64,000 bases of DNA from Dehalococcoidia bacterium. Its GTDB lineage: Bacteria; Chloroflexota; Dehalococcoidia; Plut-88900. Shown piece by piece: positions 1 through 9,536 of this stretch. The position numbers were made by a program, and so were the translations under genes. Under the pieces are notes generated by a model. That model searched no databases, was not told where the DNA came from, and saw only the letters and a list, made by a program, of their open reading frames with translations. Each line of letters begins with the position of its first letter. Position 1 is the first letter of the stretch. The stretch covers positions 1,312,001-1,376,000 of the forward strand of contig OZ240215.1 of assembly GCA_965197585.1 (NCBI GenBank), in the 5' to 3' direction.

Positions 1-2355
1 ATGCAGAGTCCGAGGTATCGGCGTTGCGCTCAGTGTCAGCACGTCCACCTCCTCCCTCATCTTCTTCAGCTTTTCCTTGTGCGCCACCCCGAACCGCTGC
101 TCCTCGTCAATGACCACCAGCCCCAGGTCTTTGAACTCGACGTCCTTCTGCAACAGCCTGTGCGTCCCGATGCACACGTCCACCGATCCCTCTTCCAACC
201 TCGCCAACACCGACTTCTGCTCCCGCGCCGACCGGAACCGGCTCAGCACCTCAATCTCTACCGGAAAGGCCTTGAGTCTCTGCCGAAAAGTTTGAAGGTG
301 CTGCTGGGCCAGCACGGTGGTCGGCACAAGCACCGCGACCTGCCTCCCGTCCAACACTGCCTTGAACGCTGCCCTCACCGCCACCTCCGTTTTGCCATAG
401 CCCACGTCCCCACAGACCAGCCTGTCCATGGGCCTCGCTTGCTCCATGTCCCGCTTCACGTCTCGGATCGTATCCATCTGGTCCGGGGTTTCGACGTACG
501 GGAACGAGGCCTCCATTTCCTGCAGCCACGAGTTGTCCTGCGAATAGGCGAAGCCATTCTTCATCTCCCGCTTGGCGTACAGGGACAACAGTTCTCGGGC
601 TATCTTCTCCGCCGATTCCTTGACCTTCCTCTTCGCCCGACCCCACTCCTGCGTCCCGAGCCGGCTCATCGCCGGAGGCCCTTCCCCCGACCCTATGTAA
701 GGCGTCACCCGGTCCACGCTGTCGTTCGGCACGTAGAGCCGGGCGCTGTCTGCATATTCGATTGTCAGGTATTCCCGCTCCCCCTCGTCCCGCCTCATCG
801 TCGTGACCCCCACGAACCTCCCTATCCCATGGTCGATGTGAACCACGTAGTCCCCAACCGCGATGTCCGAAGCAAAAGCCTCCTTCCGCAAAGGCCTCCG
901 CCTCGACGCTCGTCTCTGCTTCACATACCCGAATATCTCCTTGTCCGTGAAGAGGATCAGGGATTTCTTCTTGCCGTCCGCCTTCAGCGTCCATCCCTCT
1001 GCCAGGGCCCCCTGCACCAGCTTCGGAGTACCGGGAACGGGAGGCTCGGAGACTGCGGTTGTTACTGGGACGAATATGTCCACCTCTGCGAGAAGTTCTG
1101 ACAGCCTTTCGGCCTGGTGGCTTACTATCGATACCCGCTGCCCTTCTTCCAGCATTCCCCTTAGATCCCGGAGGAAATATCTCAGATGCCCCCCGAAGTT
1201 AGGCGTTGGCGCGAACCCCATCATCTCCGCCCCCGACTCCCCAGCCCTCTCCCAACCTTCCAGCCGCGCCACGCTGCCGGCCCCTTCCAGTGATTTTTGT
1301 ATCTCGCTCCATTCAGGATAAGCGGGGGATAGGTTAGGAGGCAGTTCCCCCTTCTCGATCCGCGAGGCCCAGAGCTCCTGCGCCTGCTCCAGCAGTTCAG
1401 CATAGCCATTCTCCAGCGAGACCCCACCGTCCAACAAAACAACCGCATTTTTCGGGAGATATTCCAGGAAGCTGCCCTTCAGGAACAGCTGCGCGTACGC
1501 TTCTCTACCCTCCACCCCCACCCCCGATGCGTAGGCTTCCAGCTCCCTGTTAAACCTGGCCGCCACCTCTGCCGGACACCCCGACAGATCTATAGATGCC
1601 GCCACCTCCTCAAGCGTCGGCCCCGACTCACCATCGTACAACGACTCCCTCGCAGGCCCGATCCCCACGGAGTTCAGGTTCTCCACCGAGGCCTGCGTTC
1701 CCGGATCAAATCCGCGCACGCTCTCCACTTCATCTCCAAAGAAGTCCAAGCGAATCGGCCGGTCCTCCGTCGGGGGATACACGTCGATGATGCCGCCGCG
1801 ACGCGTGTAAGTACCCGGCACCTCAACCGCGGCATCGTGCTCGTAACCCGCGGCCATCAGCCGCTCAATCAGCTCCCGCGGGGCTATGCGTCCACCCGCC
1901 CTCACCTTAAATCCCAATTCCACGTAGCGTTGTGGTGACAGGGTTTTCAATGCCAGTGCAGGGACACTGGTCACTATCACGGGCGCGGTGCGGCGAGTGA
2001 CCTTGACCAGCAAGTCAAGCACCCGGATACGGTCCAGTGCGATGGATGGGTCCCACCCCCGAGACTCGTAAGGCAAAGTGTCTGGTTCCGGAAACAGATG
2101 GACGTTTTCAGGGGTAGACGACCAGAGGGAGACCTGTTCGTAGAGAGCGGTTGCACTGGCGTCCCGGGGCGTTACCACCACTATGGGCCGCCCCAGCTTA
2201 CTTCTTAGCGCTGCAACCAGGCACGGTTTGGCCGAATCCAGCGCCACCCCCGACCACACCACCCCCGGCCCTTTCGCCCTGGACGCGACTGATCTACCGA
2301 GGCCCGCAAAAGAGGGGTCCCGGGTCACCTGGTCGATCAGGCCCGTTAGGTCCAT
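1..2355 (-). CDS. mfd: Transcription-repair coupling factor Mfd (5' part; runs off the left edge)
   Basis: Manual minus-strand translation from ATG 2355 (MDLTGLIDQV) ends in VDVLTLSATPIPRTLH at 1-48; CGDVGYGKT Walker A and VVHIDHGIG RID motif are present. Absent from the ORF track because there is no stop in the window. Confidence 0.95.
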   Translation of the reverse strand, partial: MDLTGLIDQVTRDPSFAGLGRSVASRAKGPGVVWSGVALDSAKPCLVAALRSKLGRPIVVVTPRDASATALYEQVSLWSSTPENVHLFPEPDTLPYESRGWDPSIALDRIRVLDLLVKVTRRTAPVIVTSVPALALKTLSPQRYVELGFKVRAGGRIAPRELIERLMAAGYEHDAAVEVPGTYTRRGGIIDVYPPTEDRPIRLDFFGDEVESVRGFDPGTQASVENLNSVGIGPARESLYDGESGPTLEEVAASIDLSGCPAEVAARFNRELEAYASGVGVEGREAYAQLFLKGSFLEYLPKNAVVLLDGGVSLENGYAELLEQAQELWASRIEKGELPPNLSPAYPEWSEIQKSLEGAGSVARLEGWERAGESGAEMMGFAPTPNFGGHLRYFLRDLRGMLEEGQRVSIVSHQAERLSELLAEVDIFVPVTTAVSEPPVPGTPKLVQGALAEGWTLKADGKKKSLILFTDKEIFGYVKQRRASRRRPLRKEAFASDIAVGDYVVHIDHGIGRFVGVTTMRRDEGEREYLTIEYADSARLYVPNDSVDRVTPYIGSGEGPPAMSRLGTQEWGRAKRKVKESAEKIARELLSLYAKREMKNGFAYSQDNSWLQEMEASFPYVETPDQMDTIRDVKRDMEQARPMDRLVCGDVGYGKTEVAVRAAFKAVLDGRQVAVLVPTTVLAQQHLQTFRQRLKAFPVEIEVLSRFRSAREQKSVLARLEEGSVDVCIGTHRLLQKDVEFKDLGLVVIDEEQRFGVAHKEKLKKMREEVDVLTLSATPIPRTLH

Positions 2356-2505
2356 ACGATGGGAGTCCAAAAGCCGCGCAAAGGATTCTAACAAATGTGC
2401 GCAAGAAAGTAAGGAACGTAATGGTCGTGATTTCTTTGGGGCAGGCGTACGCCCGGCTATAATGTGTCTGTACGCCGCTTCACAGCACCCTATAGGAGGC
2501 CATCG

Positions 2506-3762
2506 ATGAGCACCGAGGCCACAATTATCAGCATCTCGCTTATTGCGTTCTTTATGGTGCTGTCAGCCTTCTTCTCCAGCTCCGAGACAGCTTTCATGTC
2601 TCTCCAGCGGGTGAGGATACTCCACCTTGCCAACATAGGCCGGGCCGGAGCCAAGAAGATGCTGGACAGAATGGACCAGCCCGAGCGGACCCTATCCACC
2701 GTCCTCCTGGGTAACAATCTAGTCAACATCGCCGCCGCGGCGGTCGGTACAGCCCTCGCGGTGGCGTGGCTTGGGGAAAACCTGGGGATCGCAGTGGCTA
2801 CTTTGGGCATAGCGTTCCTCCTTCTCGTCTTCAGCGAAGTCATTCCCAAGACCTTTGCAACCCGCCACGCCGAGTGGCTTGCCTTCCGTTACCTCAGACC
2901 CTTCGCCTTGGTGGAAGTCTTACTCCTGCCCGTCTCCGTCTTCCTGGAGCTCATCGGACGCGGCATTATCAGCCTGAGTGGGGGGCGGATTGGCGCTAGA
3001 AACCTGGTCAGCGCCGAGGTCCTCCGATCCGTCATATCCGTAGGTCGGGAGCACGGCGCCGTCGACCGCGAAGAGGCCAAGATGCTCCAGAACGTTCTTG
3101 TTTTCAGGGACCGCCTCGTCAAAGAGGTGATGACCCCGCGCACCGAAATGGTGTGGCTCGACGAGGACACCACCCTTACCACTTTCCTGGACGAATACGA
3201 CACCGCCCCCCTCTCCCGATTCCCGGTCTACAAAGAGGCCTACGACAACGTAGTCGGTATCCTGCACACCCGGGACGTCATCAGAGCCCTGCACGGCGGC
3301 CAGGTCCAGTCCGACAGCATGCTCATCGAGCTAGTCCGCCCGATCCAGTTCGTACCAGAGACCAAGCGCCTCGGCGACCTCTTCTTCGAAATGCGCTCCT
3401 CCGGCCAACAGATGTACCTCGTCGTAGACGAATACGGGGGGGTGTCGGGGCTCGTAACCAACCAGCAGCTTGTCGCCGCCATCATGGGTCGAGTCGCGGA
3501 CGACGAGGCCGGTCGGGACGAAGTCGAAGAGCTCGAGTCCGGTGCCTTCCAGGTTGACGGTGGAATGCCTATCCAGGAAGCCAACGAGACCCTCGGCTTG
3601 AATATCCCCGACGGTGACTACGAGACCATTGCCGGCTTCGCCCTCGATATCCTCGCCCACATCCCCACCGAGGGGGAAGCCTTCCGCTTCCAGGGACGCC
3701 GCATCACTGTCTCCGAAATGAAGGGTGTTAAAATCGAAAGGTTACTGGTCTCCAAACGCTAG
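2506..3762 (+). CDS. Hemolysin/CNNM family (DUF21-CBS-CorC) membrane protein
   Basis: SAFFSSSETAF, TVLLGNNLVN, EVIPK, VKEVMTPR, SRFPV, VVDEYGGVSGLVT, YETIAGF; AGGAGG RBS before ATG 2506. Confidence 0.92.
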   Translation: MSTEATIISISLIAFFMVLSAFFSSSETAFMSLQRVRILHLANIGRAGAKKMLDRMDQPERTLSTVLLGNNLVNIAAAAVGTALAVAWLGENLGIAVATLGIAFLLLVFSEVIPKTFATRHAEWLAFRYLRPFALVEVLLLPVSVFLELIGRGIISLSGGRIGARNLVSAEVLRSVISVGREHGAVDREEAKMLQNVLVFRDRLVKEVMTPRTEMVWLDEDTTLTTFLDEYDTAPLSRFPVYKEAYDNVVGILHTRDVIRALHGGQVQSDSMLIELVRPIQFVPETKRLGDLFFEMRSSGQQMYLVVDEYGGVSGLVTNQQLVAAIMGRVADDEAGRDEVEELESGAFQVDGGMPIQEANETLGLNIPDGDYETIAGFALDILAHIPTEGEAFRFQGRRITVSEMKGVKIERLLVSKR

Positions 3763-3798
3763 CCCCACCTCTCCCGAATCTCATCGCCAATCACCGAT

Positions 3799-4413
3799 AT
3801 GCGAATAATCCTCGTTAGACACGGCGAAACCGACGCCAATAAGCTGGGCCGCTTCCAAGGCGCCAGCGACGCCCGGCTCAATGACACCGGTCTCTCCCAG
3901 GCCGCGGCCCTCGGACGCCGGCTTGCCTCCGAGAAGCTCGCTGCCGTCTACTGCAGCCCCCAGACCCGTGCCATCCAGACCGCAACCCCCATCGCCGAGG
4001 CCCTCGGCCTCCCCATCGAGACCTTGGACGGACTTCGTGAGCTGGATATCGGTGAACTCGACGGCCTCCAGGCCAACGACCTCCGGGAACGTTATTCCCA
4101 CATCCTCGATCAGTGGCGCACTGACGTCGGAGCCCTCACAATGCCCGGCGGGGAGTCCATTGTCGGTCTGCAGCTGCGCACGTGGGAAGCCATCCAGAAG
4201 ATTCGCGAACGCCATGAGGAAGACATCACCGTTGCCGCCATCAGCCACAATTTCGCCATACAGAGCATCCTGATCAAGGCCTTGGGTATGGATCTGCGAA
4301 ACTTCCAGCGCATTAGGCAGGACCTGGCCGCAATCAGCGAGGTCGACTTCAGGAACGGCGAGCCCTCCCTCAAGTCCCTCAATGATCGGTGCCACCTTTC
4401 GGGGCTGGCTTAA
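3799..4413 (+). CDS. Histidine phosphatase family protein (CobC/GpmB-like)
   Basis: LVRHGET motif, SPQTRAIQTA, LRELDIGELDG, GGES, ISH. Confidence 0.92.
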   Translation: MRIILVRHGETDANKLGRFQGASDARLNDTGLSQAAALGRRLASEKLAAVYCSPQTRAIQTATPIAEALGLPIETLDGLRELDIGELDGLQANDLRERYSHILDQWRTDVGALTMPGGESIVGLQLRTWEAIQKIRERHEEDITVAAISHNFAIQSILIKALGMDLRNFQRIRQDLAAISEVDFRNGEPSLKSLNDRCHLSGLA

Positions 4414-4437
4414 CCGAACCCCGAGGAGGCTCCTGTC

Positions 4438-5871
4438 ATCACTGGAAGTAAGAAATCCATCAGTGCGCTAGAATCGCGCGTCCGCGCGTTCATCCTCGAC
4501 CACGGCCTCGCCCACGACCCACGACCTCTTGTCCTTGGCGTCTCCGGAGGCCCCGACTCCCTATCTCTCCTCCACGCCCTACACCACCTCTCTCCCGAGC
4601 TAGGTCTCTCCCTCCACGTCGCCCACTTCAACCACGGCCTGCGTGCCGATGCCTCTGACGCCGATACCGATTTCGTTGCGTCCCAATCCGAGACCCTCGG
4701 CTTCCCCTTTTCCACCGCCAAGGAATATGTAAAGTCCCGTGCCAAGGGGCACAGCCGCTCTCTCGAAGAGCAGGCCCGTGATGCGCGCTATGATTTCCTT
4801 GCCCGCGTCGCCGCCGAGCAAAATACCTCCGGTGTCGCTGTCGCCCATACCGCCGACGACCAGGCCGAGACGGTCCTGATGCACCTGATAAGAGGGACCG
4901 GCCTCCGTGGCCTTAGGGGTATGTTCCCCGTCGTGGAAACGCAATCATTCTCCGGGCTGGACCTAAAGCTATTCCGCCCCTTGTTGTCGGTCTCCCGTCA
5001 ACAGACCGAGGACTATTGCAGAGCCTTGCGCCTTGAACCTCGTATCGACCACACTAACCTCCTCCCGGAAACGTTGCGAAACCGGATCAGGCTCGAACTA
5101 CTGCCCATGCTCAGGGAGTACAACCCCAGGTTCTCCGATGCGCTCCTCCGCCTCGCCGATTCCGCCAACCTGGACCTCTCCTTCATCGAGTCCCGCGTCG
5201 CCGCGATATGGCCGGAGGCGGTGGAAGAGATAGCCGGAGGACTATCCATATCCCGCAGAAAGCTCTCGGATATACACCCCGCCCTGCGCCGCCGAGTCCT
5301 GTCGCAAGCCTTGGAGTCGGTGTCCGGTAGCCCATTGGACATCGAAGGTGTCCACGTAAAATCGCTGGAGTCCCTGCTGACCGGAGACACTGGCTCCGAG
5401 CTTGACCTGCCCAAAGGCATCCGAGCCTCCTTAGGCTACGACCACGTCACTCTGACCAAGACGCCCACCGCACCCCCAACCCCACTTCCCGAAGAAGAAC
5501 AACCAATTGCCGTACCCGGCGAAACTTTACTGCCTGGCTGGAAGATCACAGCCACCGTCGAAGAAGCAACCTCTAGCGAATGGAATGCAGACCCATATTC
5601 CTCGCTCTTTGACATGGACAAAGTGTCGGGGCCTATCACGGTGCGTAGCCGCAAAAACGGCGACCGCTTCTCCCCCTTCGGCATGTCCGGCTCCAAAAAG
5701 CTCCAGGACTTCCTCACTGACGCCAAAGTCCCCAGAAGTCACCGCGACTCCATACCCATTGTCCTCTCCGGCGACAATATCATCTGGATAGTCGGCCACC
5801 GCCCCTCTAACCACACCAGGATCACCTCCACCACCCGACACGCCCTCCGGCTTACCTTTGAGCCCGCGTAG
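4438..5871 (+). CDS. tilS: tRNA(Ile)-lysidine synthetase (probable non-canonical ATC start)
   Basis: In-frame upstream extension of ORF 4879-5871 contains VLGVSGGPDS, HFNHGLR, ARDARYDFL and AHTADDQAETVL; RNRIRLELLP and the C-terminal KKLQDFL follow. GAGGAGG at 4423-4429 lies 8 nt before ATC 4438. Confidence 0.9.
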   Translation: MTGSKKSISALESRVRAFILDHGLAHDPRPLVLGVSGGPDSLSLLHALHHLSPELGLSLHVAHFNHGLRADASDADTDFVASQSETLGFPFSTAKEYVKSRAKGHSRSLEEQARDARYDFLARVAAEQNTSGVAVAHTADDQAETVLMHLIRGTGLRGLRGMFPVVETQSFSGLDLKLFRPLLSVSRQQTEDYCRALRLEPRIDHTNLLPETLRNRIRLELLPMLREYNPRFSDALLRLADSANLDLSFIESRVAAIWPEAVEEIAGGLSISRRKLSDIHPALRRRVLSQALESVSGSPLDIEGVHVKSLESLLTGDTGSELDLPKGIRASLGYDHVTLTKTPTAPPTPLPEEEQPIAVPGETLLPGWKITATVEEATSSEWNADPYSSLFDMDKVSGPITVRSRKNGDRFSPFGMSGSKKLQDFLTDAKVPRSHRDSIPIVLSGDNIIWIVGHRPSNHTRITSTTRHALRLTFEPA

Positions 5872-5891
5872 GACGTGTGGATTAGATACTG

Positions 5892-5957
5892 CTTATTTGC
5901 GTTATCAGATTATATCGCTAATAAACATCTATGTAGTTTTCATTCCCGAAAATAAAG
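5892..5957. repeat. 65-bp composite site, copy 1 (CTTATTTGC-N17-CTAATAA-N12-TTTTC-N6-GAAAATAA)
   Basis: Same blocks and spacing as the copies at 6072, 7322 and 7471. Confidence 0.85.
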
Positions 5958-6071
5958 GGGCGTACTGGCCCTCTAGGGTTTAACCCAACGAGGCCACCAG
6001 AACATCCTTCGCCTCTTCCTCATGGGTAAGGGTGTCATTTGCAAAACGCACGCATCTGCATACACAGTTGT

Positions 6072-6136
6072 CTTATTTTCACTTAAATGGCATAATGCTA
6101 ATAACGCGTCTCTAAATTAGCGGCGTTGAAAGTAAG
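6072..6136. repeat. 65-bp composite site, copy 2 (immediately upstream of fic)
   Basis: cttattttc-N17-ctaataa-N12-ttagc-N6-gaaagtaag. Confidence 0.8.
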
Positions 6137-6143
6137 GAATCCT

Positions 6144-7304
6144 GTGACTCTAGTGTCTATAGGTAATCGTCAACCCAGTGGTCGCATGGTGAGGTGCATC
6201 GGCGGTTATAAGGCTTATGTGCCGGATCCTCTTCCACCTCCCATAGTCTGGAATCAGAGACTCACGGTCGCGCTCTCATCCGCCGACCGCGCCATCGGCA
6301 AGCTTGCGGGTGAAGGACGACGCTTGCCCAATCCTCATCTCTTGCTGCGGCCCTTTGTCCGTAAGGAGGCTGTCCTGTCCAGCCGCATCGAGGGGACCCA
6401 AGCGACCCTCGGCGAGCTCTTGATTAAGGAGGCTGGGGCCGTCGTGTATCGGACTCACTCCGACCTCAATGAGGTCGGGAACTACGTCGCTGCTCTCGAG
6501 TACGGTCTGAATCGCCTCGAAACTTTGCCTTTGTCCCTGCGTTTGGTTTGCGAAATGCACGAACGGCTCATGCGAGGGGTTCGGGGTGATACTGCCATGC
6601 CCGGCGAGTTCCGACGTAGCCAAAACTGGATCGGTCCGCCCGGTTCTAATCTGAGCAACGCCACTTATCTTCCGCCGCCCGTTCCCGAGCTAATGCCTTG
6701 TCTGGACTCTTGGGAGCGGTTCCTGCACGACGAGGCCCTCCCGCCTCTGCTCCATGTCGCCCTCGCTCATTCTCAATTCGAGGCCATTCACCCTTTTATT
6801 GATGGTAACGGCCGGATAGGGCGGCTGCTTATCACGCTTTTGCTTGTATCGCGAGAAATTCTTCCCTCTCCCCTTTTGTACCTGAGCGCCTATTTCGAGG
6901 CGACCCGACAAGAGTATTATGCGCGCCTCCAGGCGGTAACGGAGAAGGGGGAATGGGAGGAGTGGCTGTTCTATTTCCTTAGGGGCGTCGTCATCCAGTC
7001 AGAGGATGCTTTGGATCGGGTAAGGCGAATAGATGAGTTGTTCGCCGGATGGAAGAAGCTGTTTGCCGACGGAAGATCAAGGCTCCCCGAATCTGCACTC
7101 GAACTCTTCATCGAAAACCCCTTTTGGACTATACAGAAGGTAGCTGAAAGGCTGAACGTTGCATTCACAACCGCCCAGCGCGCCATCGACAGGCTGGAGT
7201 CGGCGAGCATCGTAGCTCAGGTCAGGGAAGCGAGACGAAACAGGGTCTACTGCGCAGAGTCGATACTCGACGTTCTGGAGGAGCCGACACCTCTCCCCAC
7301 CTAA
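6144..7304 (+). CDS. Fic family protein (Fic_N + Fic + C-terminal HTH), class II
   Basis: Canonical HPFIDGNGRIGR motif; N-terminal inhibitory SSRIEG motif; C-terminal HTH-like TIQKVAERLNVAFTTAQRAIDRL. Start placed at GTG 6144 after AAGGA. Confidence 0.92.
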   Translation: MTLVSIGNRQPSGRMVRCIGGYKAYVPDPLPPPIVWNQRLTVALSSADRAIGKLAGEGRRLPNPHLLLRPFVRKEAVLSSRIEGTQATLGELLIKEAGAVVYRTHSDLNEVGNYVAALEYGLNRLETLPLSLRLVCEMHERLMRGVRGDTAMPGEFRRSQNWIGPPGSNLSNATYLPPPVPELMPCLDSWERFLHDEALPPLLHVALAHSQFEAIHPFIDGNGRIGRLLITLLLVSREILPSPLLYLSAYFEATRQEYYARLQAVTEKGEWEEWLFYFLRGVVIQSEDALDRVRRIDELFAGWKKLFADGRSRLPESALELFIENPFWTIQKVAERLNVAFTTAQRAIDRLESASIVAQVREARRNRVYCAESILDVLEEPTPLPT

Positions 7305-7321
7305 AGCCGCCCCCGACCTCA

Positions 7322-7387
7322 CTTATTTGCACAATATGGCCTGGATGATAATAAGTGTGCACGTAGTTTTCGTTTCGAAAATATAAG
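7322..7387. repeat. 65-bp composite site, copy 3 (just downstream of fic)
   Basis: cttatttgc-N17-ataataa-N12-ttttc...gaaaatataag. Confidence 0.85.
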
Positions 7388-7470
7388 GTGTTCTAACATC
7401 AGGCCTTCAGCCAGTAGACCCACCCCCCGACACACCTCCCACCCACCTGGCAACGGCACCCAATACACCC

Positions 7471-7535
7471 CTTATTTGCATAAACTGGCCTAAACGCTAA
7501 TAACTATGTGGGCAATTTTCAAACCCGGAAATAAG
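7471..7535. repeat. 65-bp composite site, copy 4
   Basis: cttatttgc-N17-ctaataa-N12-ttttc-N6-ggaaataag. Confidence 0.85.
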
Positions 7536-7593
7536 TGCCAGCCTATCGATTTAGAGCTAATCTCTTAAGCCCCAACCTCATTTTTCAGCAAAC

Positions 7594-8429
7594 CTAGGCC
7601 GCCGGAAAGTCGAATACGTCCTTGTACTTCTTGTAACAGGGATAACACGCGGGCTTGAGCCTAGTCGCCGAATGCTCTTTCCCACAAACGTGGCAAAAGG
7701 TTTGTTCGTAGTCGTCATACTTATCCTTGTTCCAATGCCTCCAGTGCCGCTTGCAGAAGGGTTTGGTCGGATCGGCGTCTATTTCATCGCCACAACGGAT
7801 GCAAACGCCGCGCTCGGTTATTGCACCAGCTCGCTGTGCCTCCTTTGTCTTCTCTTTAGCCATATTAGAGGAAGGTTTATGGTCTTGGGCGGCATAAGTT
7901 GATTTTGCAAATGTAGGAGAATTATCACTCCAATCAATGATCTCTTGCGCGTGCTTAAAAATGTCGTTATAGAGCTCCTCGTCTCGTACGTCCCCTCCCA
8001 AAATGCCTCCCAAGAAACCTTCACTCTTGGACACGAGCACACCCATTTCCACGTTACGCGTAGACCAGTCGTATAGGTTTATAGATGTCACCAAGGCTTC
8101 TTTTTCGTTGAGATAGCACTTGGCGTGTAGACCTTCCAAAACGTGCGCTTTAACTCAAGACACCGTGGTAAGCCACTCTTCCGTCTTTGCCTTAGCCTTT
8201 CCCGACGGTTGTAGTACTTCTTTCTTTTTGTCTCATCCTCTTTGTCCTTCCTGTACACCAGATGGACATCCACTCCCTTCAATGCTGACTCATCCTCAAG
8301 GCGCCTCTTGATATTGCCTTCAATCTGGAGATATGGGCTTATTATGTAGAGATATTTCTTAGACTCACCGATGATCCTTTCAATTCCTGCCAGAATATCA
8401 TTCGTAGTAAGGAACTTGATATCGCTCAT
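7594..8429 (-). pseudogene. Phospholipase D-like (nuclease-type) domain protein with C-terminal Cys/His Zn-finger region, disrupted
   Basis: N-half (KFLTT..IERII..IISPYLQI) and C-half (LHAKCYLNEKEALVTSINLY..S..NVEMGVL; CIRC, CHVC, CYPC) are in different frames; the C-half frame also has a TGA near 8155. Lower GC than the flanks. Confidence 0.75.
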
Positions 8430-8473
8430 ACACACCTCTGTTACCTTTATCCTCAGACAGCCACCCCACCCCC

Positions 8474-9514
8474 CTACATCACCCTTTTCAACCTCGGATT
8501 AGCCGTCAAACCCGGGATCCGACCCCGCTTCGCAATCGCCTTCCCATCCACCTCATGGATGTCCGCCGTGAAGTTGATCGGACCGGCGTTGCTGATATAT
8601 CCCCCCACCCCGAAGCTGTCCACCGGGGCATCGTTCTCCCTGAAGTAGCGAATGCGCTCCGGGTCCAGCCCCCCGCTCACGATCAGCCGAACCGAGTTGA
8701 ATCCTTCCAGGTCCAGCCGAGCCCGTATCTCTTTGACCAGCTCCGCCGTCACCCTGCCCCGTTCCCACGGCGTGTCCACCCTCACACCAGCCAATCTCTC
8801 CCGCATCGCACGGGCCACGCGTAGACTTTCTTCCGCTTCATCCTTGAAGGTGTCGACTAGCACTATCCTCGGCACTTCCGGGTCTTGGCTCCGGTCGAAC
8901 GCTTCGGCCGCTTCCAATGTGTCTCCCATCACCAGGATAAGTGCATGGGGCATGGTCCCCGTGGGCGCGACTCCCGCCAGCGCTGCCCCGTCTATCGAGG
9001 CACACCCCTGGCACCCGGCCAGCACCGCCGAGTACTCCATCCTCCCCGAGACCAGCGGGTGTACATGCCTCGCCCCGAAGCTCACCACCGGGATACCTCC
9101 AGCCGCCTCGACACACTCCCGGGCTGCAGTAGCCCACCCTGTGCAGTGCGACAAAATCCCTAGCAGCGGCGTTTCGTACAGGCCGAAGGGTCTGTAGGGC
9201 GCCCGCACCCTCATCACCACCTCTTTCCGCTCTATCTCAGACCCTTCTTCGATGGCCTCCACTTCCCTGTCTTCGGGAGGCACTGCTTCCTCAATCAGCT
9301 GCAGGGCCTCGTCTATGCCACTCAGAAGCCCAGGTTTACTGGGGAAAAACTCCACGGTGCATATCGGGTTCAGTCCCTCGGCCTCGAGCACTTGCTGAGC
9401 GCGCCGGAAGTAGATGTCCGTCGTGTCTCCGGACAAAACCCAGTCCGGAAGGGGAAATTTCGGGCGAGTCGCTGGGCCTAAGGAAGGTGGTAGATCGTCT
9501 TGGGTAATAGCCAT
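8474..9514 (-). CDS. pncB: Nicotinate phosphoribosyltransferase
   Basis: TTDIYF, SFGARHVHP, GTMPHAL, VLVDTF, GVRVDTP, VSGGL, DSFGVG. Confidence 0.92.
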   Translation of the reverse strand: MAITQDDLPPSLGPATRPKFPLPDWVLSGDTTDIYFRRAQQVLEAEGLNPICTVEFFPSKPGLLSGIDEALQLIEEAVPPEDREVEAIEEGSEIERKEVVMRVRAPYRPFGLYETPLLGILSHCTGWATAARECVEAAGGIPVVSFGARHVHPLVSGRMEYSAVLAGCQGCASIDGAALAGVAPTGTMPHALILVMGDTLEAAEAFDRSQDPEVPRIVLVDTFKDEAEESLRVARAMRERLAGVRVDTPWERGRVTAELVKEIRARLDLEGFNSVRLIVSGGLDPERIRYFRENDAPVDSFGVGGYISNAGPINFTADIHEVDGKAIAKRGRIPGLTANPRLKRVM

Positions 9515-9536
9515 GAAATTTCAGGTTTCAGAGACT

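Noticed and set aside
1-1101. 366-aa plus-strand ORF and other long shadow ORFs (e.g. 13882-14880, 37574-38653, 42993-44009)
   Set aside because: Antisense shadows of mfd, purF, the LLM and SBP3, expected in high-GC coding DNA.
5892-7535. Repeats as integron attC sites or IS ends
   Set aside because: No RYYYAAC/GTTRRRY cores or long fold-back, no transposase or target duplication; kept only as an unexplained site family.
7594-8435. Programmed frameshift or selenocysteine in the PLD gene
   Set aside because: It appears to need both a frame change and TGA readthrough, and no SECIS-like hairpin was seen; decay is simpler.
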